Assembly: GCF_006345805.1 (NCBI RefSeq)
Contig: NC_043022.1
Span: 23,374,001 to 23,438,000, forward strand
From: Octopus sinensis
Taxonomy: Eukaryota
Direction of reading: 5' to 3'
Length of the DNA stretch: 64,000 bases
A program made the translations under genes and the position numbers. The notes beneath the pieces are model-generated. The model made no database searches. It was not told the DNA's origin and saw only the letters and a program-made list of their open reading frames with translations. This document shows, piece by piece, positions 38,017-50,806 of the stretch (positions are counted from its first letter, which is position 1; every line of letters starts with the position of its first letter).

Positions 38017-38760
38017 TATATATATATATATATTAATAATAGAAGGGTAAAATTTATTAATTAAATTAATTAATTAATTAATCAATTAATTAACAATTTT
38101 ACCAAGTAGATCGGTACGTTAAAATAACCATTATAGGTAAAATTATCCACATAATTATAATTAGGGGTCACCTAACTGCTTTACCACATACCGAAATTAG
38201 AAAAAGGATTTAAAAAAGGAATTTTTAACTCCTTTTTCTAATTTTGGTATGCAGTGAAGCAGTGAGCTGAACCCTAATTATATATATATTTATATATATA
38301 AATATAGATATACCTCATTCTACATTGGTAATTGGCTCCAGGAGATACGACTTAAGTAAAAAAACATCTTAAGTTGAATTAACTTGTCTCTAGGCTAGGC
38401 CAATTTACTTGTCTGTAGGCTAAACCGACAATAACCATTTCCAGTTTTGTACTTTATATATGAATGCATTTTCAATAATATATGTTTAATAAAAACCTAT
38501 TTTAAACTTACAAACAAATAATTTTTATTTTTTAATACAGTACAGTAAAAAAAAAAGTAATTTAAATTTATGAATACAATTTGGCAATGTTTACCAAACA
38601 TTGCGAACACATAATTTATGAATGCAGTTTGGAATAAGACATGGTAAAATAAAGCCTTTTTTAAGCTTAAAAATCAAATTCAGTAATTATTATTATTTTG
38701 CAATAGTAAAAAGAACTAAATTATTTAAAATTTACCAATACGTATATACGATTTGGTGGT

Positions 38761-39150
38761 TTACATTGCGGATGTAGATGGCTGTGGATCGTCAACATCA
38801 ATAGCTGACTCTGGCTGTTCTTGTTGTTCGATATGCTTAAAAAACCAGTTGAGAGTTCCTTGAACTGTCTTCTTCTTTTCCTCAAAGATTACATTATAAG
38901 GAGCAAAAGCACCCATAATCTCGGAAAAGTGTTGAGCATTTGGATCCATATCCTCGAACATAGAAAGACCTTTCCTGATATATGCAAATGCTTGCTGCAT
39001 TTTCTTAATGGTAAAGTGATGTGGCTCATGTTCGACTTCCTCTTCTTTATTTTTCTGCTCGTGAAGCTCTATCAAATCCTCATTTGTCAGGGGATGCTTA
39101 TCTTTATCAAATAAATCTATGAAATCCTCCTGTTTCTGTCCCTCTGTCAC
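38761..39150 (-). mobile_element. Tigger/pogo transposase C-terminal fragment
   Basis: LTNEDLIEL..FTIKKMQQAFAYI..FEDMDPN..YNVIFEEKKK..TL.WFFK resembles the Tigger1-like C-terminus. Confidence 0.75.
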
Positions 39151-39544
39151 ACTAACTTTTCACCACCTGACACAAGGTTACCTCCTCCAACAATCTGCTC
39201 TCAAAGGATCTTTGTTTGTTAAGGTGCTTGGTGACCCCACCAGTGCTGGGTGCCACACAAAAAGCATCCAGTTCACACTATAAAATGGTTGGCATTTGGA
39301 AGGGCATCCACCTGTAAAAACCATGCTGAGGCTGACCCCGCCAGTGCTGGTTGGTATTAGGAAGGGCATCCAGCTGTAAAAGCCAAACCATAGCAAACAG
39401 TAAAACCTAGTGCAGTCCTCTGGCTTCTCAACTCCTGTCAAACTGTCCAACCCATATTAGCATGGAAAGTGGACATTAAATGATGATGATGATAATGACG
39501 ATGATGATCGTGGTGAGGATGATGATACACATACACACACATAC

Positions 39545-40500
39545 CTAAGAAAAATATTCAAGAAATTCAATCAGTCCCCAACAGTTACCACCGACTTGAC
39601 CGTGGTCAACTTCCTTGAAATGATCCCTAGACCTGAAAACAGGTAAGTACTGCTTCACAGGAAGCCCAACAAGGTAACTGTGTACATCCACAGAAGTTTG
39701 AAACACTCACCTGCTATAATTAGAAACCTAGTTTCAGGTGTTAGCAGAAGACCATTCAAGTTTTCAGCTTATAAGCTCATGTTCAACAGGGATGCTCTCT
39801 ACTACAATGATCCATTGGTGAGGAGTGAATTTTCTGAAAAGTTAGCATATATGGAAGACTCCCAACCTCTACCCTCACACTCAAAGATGACCAGAAAGAG
39901 AAAGATAATCTGTTTCAATTTTCCATTTAACCTAGAAGTTTCCACCAATGTAGCTAAGCCACATGTTCATTAAGGAACATTTTCCCAGTGGTCATAAATA
40001 CTATAAGCTTTTCATCTCACATAATGACAAGGTGAGCTACCCCTGTTTAGACAATATTTTTCTAACATTGCAAGCTACAAAAGACACAAACATGCACTTG
40101 CACAACTTCCAACTCCAGGCTGTAATTTTTGAAACCTTACCATCTTCCCTCTAGGGGGATCCTACCTCTCAAGGGCCATATTCTACAGAGCCACCCTCAC
40201 ATCTGATGATATCACAAGGCACTATGAACATGGGAACCAGTGACTTCAAGGGAAGGTACACCCAGCATATGCATTCACTTAGAGGCAGGGATAAAGAAAA
40301 TTCCATCTCTTTGTCTCATTTCCTCTCATTAATGCATCTGGTGTCACTGGAGTGTCGATCTCACTTCTAACAATACCAAGTGACCTGCCTTGGCTGATGC
40401 CATCCCAGTTTCTGATAGCCATCTTGGACTTTCTGCATCCCTGCATTTAGTAAACTAAGCCTGACAAGCAAGGTTTTTGTAACGAGCCAACAAAACTCTA
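39545..40500 (+). mobile_element. Decayed Penelope-like retroelement (RT C-terminus to GIY-YIG region)
   Basis: VNFL..RKPN..VYIH.S.KHSPAIIRNLVSGVSRR; CFNFPFNLEVSTNVAK..HKYYKLF..KVSYPCL. Frameshifted. Confidence 0.75.
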
Positions 40501-42697
40501 AGTTGCATGGAGCTGAATCAAACTGTTTTAAATATTAATATATGTAATTCCTATTAAATGTATTAAGTGTCCCTCTTTCTTTTGTTTTTCCAATCAACTG
40601 TATTTATATACAAAAACAATTGCAGCATGGAAGGTGCTTATAAGCCATTTAAAAACACACAAAAACCGTTAGATTCACTTCAACATTTAATTTATATACA
40701 CAATATATGTCCCCTGTGCCGGTAGCATGTAAAGAGCACCTTCTGAACGTGGCCGATGCCAGCGCAGCCTTGACTGGCTTCTGTGCCGGTGGCACGTAAA
40801 AAGCAGCAACCGATCGTGACTGCTGCCAGCCCCCCCTGGCACCTGTGCCGGTAGCATGTAAAAAGCACCCACTACACTCACAGGGTGGTTGGCGTTAGTA
40901 AGGGCATCCAGCTGTAGAAACACTGCCAGATCAGACTGGAGCCTGGTGCAGCCTCCTGGCTTCCCAGACCCTGGTTGAACCATCCAACCTGTGCTAGCAC
41001 AGAAAACGGACATTAAACGATGATGATGAAGAGTTACATATACAAGAGTTATATATTCAAGAGTTACATATGTTAAATAGTGAGCAGAGCCTCAGAAGTA
41101 AATATTCAAGTGTGGTGTATACCACAGGCTACTCTTCAAACCAAGGATATCTTGATTAAATGCACATTCACATTGCTGCAAGGAGGTACATGTTAACATG
41201 GCAGATTCAATCATAACTACATTGCATTGCTTTTGTTTTCTGTGGATAGATACCCTTCTTAACATCAACCACTCCACAGAGTGTGCTGGGTGCTTTTTAT
41301 GTGGCACCATCACCTGTGCTTTTTATACAGCACCAGCACTCCCATACTAAACAAATAAAAGCGTAAAAGAATATATATATATAAATATAAATGTATATAA
41401 ATATATGTGAAGACCCAACAAATGAAGAGAGTGTATGGCTTGCAGGACAGCCTGCTGTGCTTACCTTGGATTGTAGGGCAACCTGCTGCATGGCTCGCAG
41501 GACGGCCTGCTGTGTTTACCTTGGATCATAGGGCAACCTACTGTGCTTGAGGAGACCTACTGAGTCAAGTACATCAACATCAAAATAAAAATCAAATGGA
41601 AATTGTAGTTATGACACCTGTGCCGGTGGCACATAAAATACACCATCCGAACGTGGCTGATGCCAGCACCACCTTGACTGGCGTTCATGCCGGTGGCACG
41701 TAAAAAGCACACACTATACTCACAGAATGGTTGACATTAGGAAGGCTATGCTGAAGCACTGCCTTTAGTCGAGCAAATTGACACCAGGACTTATTCTTTG
41801 TAAGCCTAGTACTTATTCTATCTGTCTCTTTTTGCCAAACCGCTAAGTTACGGGGACGTAAAAACACCAGCATCAGTTGCCAAGCGATGTTGGGGTGACA
41901 AACACAGACACACAAACATACACATATATACATACATATATATGACAGGTTTCTTTTCAGTTTCCGTCTATCAAATTCACTCACAAGGCTTTGGTCAGCC
42001 CAAGGCTATAGTAGAAGACAATTTTCCAGAACCATGTGGTTGGCAAGCAAGCTACTTACCACACAGCCACTGTATATAAATATAAATGAATATATATATA
42101 TATATGGCATGGCTGTATGGTTAGGGAGCTTGCTTCCTAGATACATGGTTTCAGGTTCAGTTCCACTTTGGGTAGGTGTCTTCTACTATAGCCCCGAGTC
42201 GACCGAAGCTTTGTGATTGAATTCGGTAGGCGGAAGTTACTGCCATGTGTGTATGTGTGCGTGTAGGTGCTCAGAGCCTCTCCAAAAGGGAGAGAGGGAT
42301 ATATAAATATATATGTGCACCAGTCCCGCATAGCCCCAGCCCATTGGATTTCAGAACAACCTGCTGTGCTTGAGGAGACCTATTGAGTCAAGTACATGAA
42401 CATCGAAATAAATATCAAATGGAAATAGTAGTTATGATACCTGTGCCGGTGGCACATAAAAAGCACCAACTGATTGTGGCTGCTGCCGGACTCCCCTGGC
42501 AACTGTGCCGGTGGCACGTAAAAAGCACCCACTACACTCATGGAGTGGTTGGCGTTAGGAAGGGCATCCAGCTGTAGAAACCCTGCCAGATCAAACTGGA
42601 GCCTGGTGCAGCCTCCTAGCTTCCCAGACCCCGGTCGAACTGTCAAACCTGTGCTAGCACGGAAAACGGATGTTAAACGATGATGATGATGATGATG

Positions 42698-42732
<35 letters not shown>

Positions 42733-42773
42733 AATATAAATGTAAATATAAATATATATGTAAATATATATAT

Positions 42774-43095
42774 ATAAAATTAGAAAAAAATCACCTTTCA
42801 TCAATTCAAAATGAACAATTAAATTACACCATCCAGTAAATTACACATAATAGAAATATTAACATTAAAATAACAATAAAATGTCAAAGATTAAGTAAAT
42901 TGCAAAAAAATAATAATAATAATTAGTACAAATTGTAGAAAATTAGTTATTATTATTATTTTTTTGCAATTTACTTAACCTTTGACATTTTATTGTTATT
43001 TTAATGTTAATATCTCTATTATGTGTAATTTACTGGATGGTGTAATTTAATTGTTCATTTTGAATTGATGAAAGGTGGTTTTTTTCTAATTTTAT
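42774..43095. repeat. Long near-perfect inverted repeat (about 150-bp arms, 24-bp spacer) flanked by (TA)n
   Basis: 42774-42922 is the reverse complement of 42947-43095 with about 3 mismatches plus A-run length differences. Confidence 0.9.
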
Positions 43096-44621
43096 ATATA
43101 TATATATATATTACTAGCAGTATCGCCCGGCGTTGCTCAGGTTTGTAAGGGAAATAACTATAAAGCATTTTTAGAGAGTTATAGCCAAAAAATAGCAAAA
43201 AAATGATGGTAAATTTTTTTGAGAGTTAAAAAAGGTGGAGTTGCGTCCCCTAGACAGTTTGTGGTTTGTGTTTCTGATTCTCGACCCCATGTCGAATTTA
43301 TCGATTTTTTTCAGAACTGGGGGAACTTTTCAAAATTTTGGCTGCGTTAGTTTTGAATTATGACATTGGGCTATGTGTGTGTCAAGTTTCATCAGAATCG
43401 GTTGAAAGCCGTGGTCAGGGTGAGGGTACAAGCAAACAGACACACAGAAACACGCACAGACAAACTGCCGTTTATATAGAGAGAGATATTGTGTGAAATT
43501 TGATTTAGTACTTCTAAATTGAATTTTTTTTCCTTGTAAGTTTTGGATTTGATCCCCTCAAATATTAATAATTATGTAAATATATATATATATACACATA
43601 CATACATAAGTATATATATACACATATATATATATTTCTTTACTGCCCACAAGGGGCTAAACATAGAGGGGACAAACAAGGACAGACAAAGGGATCCCAG
43701 TGCGAAACTGGTGCTTTATTTATCGACCCGGAAAGGATGAAAGGCAAAGTCGACCTCGGCGGAATTTGAACTCAGAACGTAACGACAGACGAAATACCGC
43801 TAAGCATTTCGCCCGGCGCGCTAACGTTTCTGCCAGCTCATATAAGTGGAAGGCCAGTTTATGGGATTATTTTAGATTTCCCGTCCATTAAGGATTTAGC
43901 CTTATGGCGTATCGTTAGATCCCAAAAATCCGTTGGCCCATGACCTCTTGTACATACAATAAGCATAACAAATTTTTTGTTTGACTGTCACTCCTCAATT
44001 TTCAAACAGTGCAGCCAAAGAGAGAAAATTCACTCGAAAGTAAAATATATCTATCTACACACACACACATTCTTATACAAGAATGTTGTTGACAATAACT
44101 TCGAAGTTTCAGCCAGCTAACCCAACGTCCGACGAAGGTTTGGCTGGCCAAATCTTCGACGGACTATGAACAACATACTTGTATAAGGACAAATCTGTAA
44201 ACAATTGACAAATTAAATTTAAATGTTGAAGTGAATCTAACGGGTTTTGTGTTGTTTTTAAATGGCATTCTGTATTTGTTTCAGCACACGATCTCAGATC
44301 AGGTCACTTGCTATGCAAGTACATCTCCGGGAAATAAATTTGTACACCACAGTACAGAGTAACCCATCAGATTAATGTAAAATTGCTTTTATTATAACAG
44401 GACGTTAAAACAAACACGTGCGCGCGCGTGTGTGTATGTGTGTGTGTGTGTGTGTACGTAGGCGCTTCCTGGTTCACTGGATAAGAATTACGTGTTTATT
44501 CTATGATAAGAATGTTTCAGCATTCGATAGAAATTTAACAGCCGTAAAATAAAAACAAAAAGAGATGGATTTAAACGCAAAAGTTATTTTGAAAAGTTAA
44601 GAATAGTATTCTTTGACTGAC

Positions 44622-44647
44622 CTATGTAGTTCACTGGATCCGTCCAT
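44622..44647 (-). CDS. Gene B exon 1 coding part (MDGSSELH-R)
   Basis: gccATGG Kozak context, 26 coding nt, AG|gtcagt phase-2 donor. Same length and phase as gene A exon 1. Confidence 0.75.
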
Positions 44648-45895
44648 GGCAGCCCCTACTGTTTCTGTGAACGAAGTTCGACAAGTGACGACAAAGCAGG
44701 AAGGAAGATATATATATAGAAATATATATTGACACGAAATGGGAAGTGATTTCACGTAATAATCAGCACTGGGCAAAGCCACGGTGATATTGAACAAGCA
44801 ATTTCAATTCTGTTACAACAAAAAACAAAAACATCGAATGCACACGGCACTCAGAGCCAAACATACACACACACTCACACATGTGCGTGCATACATACAT
44901 ACATATGCACACAATCGCGTACACTTGCGAAAGTGCAGAGATTAGCAACAATATCGAATTACAAGTGAAATTGACAACGAAAGTCCACCCCTCTGTCTCT
45001 CTCTTTATCTCTCTCTCTCTCGGCATATTCATACACAAACCTGTATGTATATATGTATGCATGTTGGCGGAAGGATTTTAGTTGTGATACGCTGAGATGC
45101 AGCAGCTTGTAAAAATTACGTGGTTTGATGTTGGCCTGGTTGGAGTTCGGGAACAAGCAAAACATCACATACTCTTTTACTTGTTTCGGTCATTTTTACT
45201 GTGGCCATGCTGAAGCACCGCCTTTAGTCGAGCAAATCGACCCCAGGACTTATTCTTTGGAAGCCTAGTACTTATTCTATCTGTCTCTATTGCCGAACCG
45301 CTAAGTTATGGGGATGTAAACACGCCAGCATCGATTGTCAAGCGATGTTGGGGGGACAAACACAGACACACAAACATATACACACACATACATATATACG
45401 ACGTGCTTCTTTTAGTTTCTGTCTACCAAATCCACTTACAATGGTTTGGTCGGCCCGAGGCTAAAGTAGAAGACACTTACCTAAGGTGCCACGCAGTGGG
45501 ACTGAACCCAGAACCATGTAGTTCGTAAGCAAGCTACTTACCACACATGGTGAATAAATAAACAAAAAAAATGGGAGATTGTTTAAAGTTTTTAGTAGCT
45601 TTTTAATTTCATTAATAATGAGATTGTACCATTAAAAAAACTAGGAAAAAATCTAAAATACTCGGTCAATATAAACTTTGAGACCCGTTAACAAAAACAA
45701 AAATAAAAATAAAAAACCCAGCCTGCTAGATGTTAAAAGCTGTGTAGAAAAGGAATATGCAAACAAAAAATTGCACAGACAAACGGTGGGGTGGGTGAGA
45801 AGAGGGCTATCGGAAAATTCACAAGATCCGATTTTTCCCTATTACTTTCAGGAAAAAATTTCATCAATATATGATGAAATTCTATAAAAAAATAC

Positions 45896-46316
45896 GGATC
45901 TTTTTGGTTTGAACGGCAGTTTTTCTAGTGGTGCCATATGAAATTGTCACCCATAATTATGACCCTAGAATCGATCTATTGCATTTCAATCTCTTTTAGG
46001 GTTAGGGTTAGGGTTAGGGGTGGGGGCAAGAGTATCTTTTTTTCTTCACAAATGTAAATAAAACCAATCTGTTTCTTAAACGAGGGACATATTCATACGG
46101 CACAGAATGCTTTTTAACTCAATAGACGTCACTGATTGGTTGAAATTGCAGAAATTGAAGAAAAAAAACAGAAATATCTTACAAACTATAGAATTTTCTC
46201 AATAAAGCCAAGAGAAAAAGATGTTTTATAAGCACATTCTACCAGTATACGAGGTTTAAATTTTTTTAGTTACCTAGAAATTATGTTAAAAACTGCCGTT
46301 CAAACCAAAAAGATCC
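45896..46316. mobile_element. MITE with about 28-bp TIRs starting GG and an 8-bp TSD (Merlin-like)
   Basis: TIR GGATCTTTTTGGTTTGAACGGCAGTTTT. AAAAATAC at 45888-45895 and 46317-46324. Contains (TTAGGG)3. A second, inverted and truncated copy lies at about 58330-58727. Confidence 0.75.
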
Positions 46317-46956
46317 AAAAATACCATTCAAATGGCACAAATTATGATTATAAAGATATTACTGGGGGAGAATTTTTTCGAAGAGATGAGGAGAGGACTG
46401 TTGGAAAATTCACACGATCCGTTTTTTTCCTCTTATAATTTTCAGGAAAATGGATATCTTTTAATGAAATTTTACAGATGCACCTTTCAAACAGCATAGA
46501 TAACGATTATAAAGAAATTTGTGGGGAAAATGTTTTCCAAAAGGGTGAGGAAAAGACTGTCGGAAAGTTCACACAATCCGTTTTTTCCCCCACTCATAAT
46601 TTTCGGGATCTAGTTTAGCGCCCGGTCACCAAAGCAAATTTTTTTAACCGGATTCCTATGTTTTCAATGTTGGAGATTCCGCATATGCAAAAACCACGTT
46701 TAAAAATTTTTTAATCCCCACCCCACAGTTTTAATTTTTAACTTTTTATGTATTTAAAAAAAAAAAAATCTACATGGATGTCCTTCCTAATGCCAACCAC
46801 TCCAAGAGTTGTAGTGGGTGCTTTTACATGCCACCAGCACGAGGGCCAGTCAGGTGGTACTGGCAACGGCCACTCTCAAATGGTGTTTTTATGTACCACC
46901 TGTACATGAGCCAGTCCAGCAGCACTGGCAACGACCTCGCACGAATGTTTCTTTTT

Positions 46957-48335
46957 ACCGTATATTTCCATGTATATGATGACTTTTAGATAAGACGAGG
47001 TCAAAATTTGTAAAAAAAATTTCATGAATTTATCTCATATCTGTAGTATAAGACGACTGCTGAATTACAAAACCATCTGTGTACAGGCTCGCTTTTGCAT
47101 CAGCAGGTATCTTTAGAAATATTGGTCTTGTAAAGATGATGTTATTACAAAAGTTTTTCTTAGGAATTTAAATAAATGAAATATCAAATCCATTTCTATA
47201 TCATGTTTTTTTCATACACACATAGCCTAAAAGGGAACCATTGTTTTGTTCGTGTTTCATCTGTTGATCTCTTGCAAATACTGATTTCCTTCTTCTTCCT
47301 CTCCTTTTCCTGTTCACATACCAATACATACCAATATGTACTGTATATAACCTAACATCTCTCTATATATAAACGGCAAAATGTCTGTGTCCTTTATACA
47401 AATCCACACAATTTTTCAGTTAGAGGGCTCGCACTTTCTATAGTTATTCAAAACCGTCCAAGGGTGGTCGTGCAAATCTTTACATTTCCCTAGTCACCCC
47501 ACAAAGCCATTAAAAAATCAATAGAAGTGACTTTTTTGTGAATTTTCTATCCAAAACCCAATCAAAATGCCTGAAACTTGATACACCAACTGAATGCCAG
47601 CTAGCAGTATGTGATTGGTCGGAGATTTGGACAGTACTCGCGTGTAAGTGCGCACACACGCAGATGTATATACATGCACTAGCACTATGACCCAGCGTTG
47701 CCGGGTCATAGTGCTAGTTTACCAATAAAAGCAAAGACAATTCTATATCATGTTTTTCCTATACACTTTGCCTAAAAGGGAAACCATTGTTTTGTTTATG
47801 CTTCTCAGCTGATCTCCAAAGAATTCTGATTCTTCTTCTTTATCAAAACTTTTTCACTATCATAACAAATGCTGACAATATGATAATGGTGTTTCATATG
47901 ACTGAAATGTTCTAAACAGTTACAGCCAGCCTGGAGTATTAATAACCATTTACCAACACTTCATGTAAAACCACAAAGTGTCTAGTCAAGTGAAATTTAT
48001 AATCATTTTATACCCATAACAATATGCAACCACCTGCAAAAAAGAAGAAAATATGAGACTAGTTTCAAATTGAAAGTTATAAAAGTAGCCAAGAGTTCTA
48101 ACAATTGTGCTGCTGCTAGAACATTCAATGTTACTGAGAAGATAGTATGAGAGTGGAAAAAGAATGAGGAAAAATTAAGACAAATGGCTAAACAAAAATG
48201 TACAATGAGAAGAGAAAGCACTTGTTGACTGAATTTGGAAAATGATGTAGCAGAATGGGGATTCCAGTAGAGACAAGACAGCTACATTGTAACATGAAAT
48301 ATATTAAGATATTATGCCCTAAAATGGACTAAATT
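46957..48335 (+). mobile_element. pogo-family DNA transposon 5' part (decayed)
   Basis: TIR-like taccgtatatttccatgtata at about 46957. MQPPAKKRRKYETSFKLKVIKVA..NNCAAARTF.. from 48024 (Brinker/CENP-B HTH type) with stops. Confidence 0.7.
47358..47717 (+). mobile_element. Non-autonomous Helitron/Helentron-like element
   Basis: 5' TC.., 3' hairpin gcactatgaccc..gggtcatagtgc plus CTAG. A second copy lies at about 63392-63744. Confidence 0.7.
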
Positions 48336-48969
48336 ATATAAAGAAAAAAGTAAAGATTTTAAAGCAAGATCACTTAGGGTGCCAAGAGCACCATCCGAGC
48401 GTGATCGTTGCCAGAGCAGCCAACTGGCTTCCGTGCCAGTGGCACGTAAAAGGGCTTAATTCGAGCATGATCGTTACCAACGTTGCCTTACTGGCACCTG
48501 TGCTGGTGGCATGTGTAAAAGGATTCAAGCGAGGTCGTTGCCAGTACCGCCTGACTGGCCCCCGTGCCAGTGGCATGTAAAATGCACCCACTACACTCTC
48601 GGAGTGGTTGGCGTTAGGAAGGGCATCCAGCTGTAGAAACTCTGCCAGATCAGACTGGAGCCTGGTGCAGCCATCTGGTTCACCAGCCCACAGTCAAACC
48701 GTCCAACTTATGCTAGCATGGAAAGCGGATGTTAAACGACGGTGATGATGATGATGATATTTATTACCTATATTATGATTTTTTTTATTTTGTTAATCTC
48801 TTTGCATATCTGCATATCTGAGATTAAGGTTAGTTTACTTATAAGATCACTAAAAATTCTAAGTTTGATTTTTAGAATTGTGGTATAAGATGACCACAAA
48901 TTTTTAGGGTAATTTTAGGATTTAAAGGTCATCTTATATGCAGAAATACACAGTATATATATATATGTG

Positions 48970-49039
<70 letters not shown>

Positions 49040-49257
49040 GTGTATCTGTGTTTGAGTTTGTATTTGTCCCCCACTACTGCTTCACAAAAGGTGTTGCTGT
49101 GTTTATGTCCTTGTAACTTAATAGTTTGGCAAAAGAGGCCAACGGAATAAGTATTATGCTTAAGAAATAGGGCCTGGGGTCAATTTCATCATCATCATCG
49201 TTTAAGATCTGCCTTCCATGATGGCATGGATTTTGTTTGACTGAAACCCTTCTAGGC

Positions 49258-49277
49258 AGGGATAGATAGATAGATAG

Positions 49278-49312
<35 letters not shown>

Positions 49313-49438
49313 CAGACAAACAGACAGACGGGCGGATGGACGGATGGACGGGCGAGGTGAATAGATGAAAAGATAGATAGATAGATAGAGAGAGAGAGAT
49401 GGATGGATGGATGGGAGAGTAGATGAAGAGATAGATAG

Positions 49439-49478
<40 letters not shown>

Positions 49479-49594
49479 CAGACAAACAGACAGACGGGCG
49501 GATGGACGGATGGACGGGCGAGGTGAATAGATGAAAAGATAGATAGATAGATAGAGAGAGAGAGATGGATGGATGGATGGGAGAGTAGATGAAG

Positions 49595-49677
<83 letters not shown>

Positions 49678-49750
49678 CAGACAGAAACACACACAGATAG
49701 ATAGACACAGATAGATAGATAGACAGACAGACAGTCGGACGGACATACAG
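49258..49750. repeat. Compound (GATA)n/(GGAT)n/(GACA)n microsatellite with an internal ~180-bp duplication
   Basis: Directly visible. Confidence 0.92.
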
Positions 49751-50452
49751 ACAAACAAAGTAGGCATAAAAGACTAATAAGATATTCGAGAGATAGTTTA
49801 TCTTACTAACTGGCTTTGCATTCACACACTGACTGCTATGTTTCCCCTGCACTCCCTTGCTCTCTATAACCTAATTATTATTACTGTTACCATCATCTTA
49901 ACTTTAACTAGATTCTCTGTATGTAAGCTATTACTACCATCTCTGTCTTACTCTTTCACGCACATTATGACTGCACGCTCCATTCTTTACTTGAATAAAC
50001 CCTATTGTTTTTTTGTGGCTATATGGTAAGAAGTTTGCTTCTGAAGCACATGCTTTTGTGTTCGACCTCACTGCATGACACCTTGGGCCAGTGTCTTCTG
50101 TTACAACCCCAAGTTGACCAAAGCCTTGTGAGTGGATTTGGCACACAGAAACTGAACAAAGTCCAGTATATATGCATATATACATATATATATACATATG
50201 AAGGGGTGCTGAAAGTTCCTGACTTTAAGGGTATTGTAAAAGGCCTTAAGGCGGTGAGCTGGCAGAAACGTTAGCATGCTGGGCGAAATGCATAGCCATA
50301 TTTCGTCTGCTGTTACGTTCTGAGTTCAAATTCCGCCGAGGTCGACTTTGCCTTTCATCCTTTCGGGGTCGATAAATTAAGTACCAGCAGCTGCTTCGGC
50401 CAGGGTCAAGATACAGGACTCTTGACATGTCCAACAAAGCATGACACCTAAA

Positions 50453-50580
50453 CCAATCAGCTCAACCAACCAATCAGCTTAAGTAATTGAGTGATACTAC
50501 ACACTGATTGGTCAGAATACAGTTTGCAAAACCTAACATCTGGAGCCTACACAGCTGTATTTAAAGCACAGATTCAATCA
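50453..50580 (+). promoter_or_regulatory. Pol II promoter-like cluster immediately 5' of the LINE insertion
   Basis: CCAATCAG at 50453 and 50470, inverted CTGATTGG at 50504-50511, TATTTAAA at 50558-50565, Inr-like TCAATC at about 50574-50579. Confidence 0.45.
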
Positions 50581-50806
50581 TCTCGCTACAGTAAAAAATT
50601 TTTTTTTTAATTGCATTTTTCATCTGCGTTTTGAGAAATTGCTGCCTTTGTTGAGAGAGTTCGAAATTTTGATCATCGTTGTTTGTGTTAATTGTTATTT
50701 GAACAGTGCCCGTTGTGTAACGGTAATTTTCGCCCTACGGGGCAGAAAATTCTGTATTTAAAATTGTTATTACCTTCGAGGTAATTTTTGAAACATTCTT
50801 TGAGGA

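Noticed and set aside
45998-46020. Telomere or chromosome-fusion scar
   Set aside because: Only three TTAGGG units, and they are internal to a MITE.
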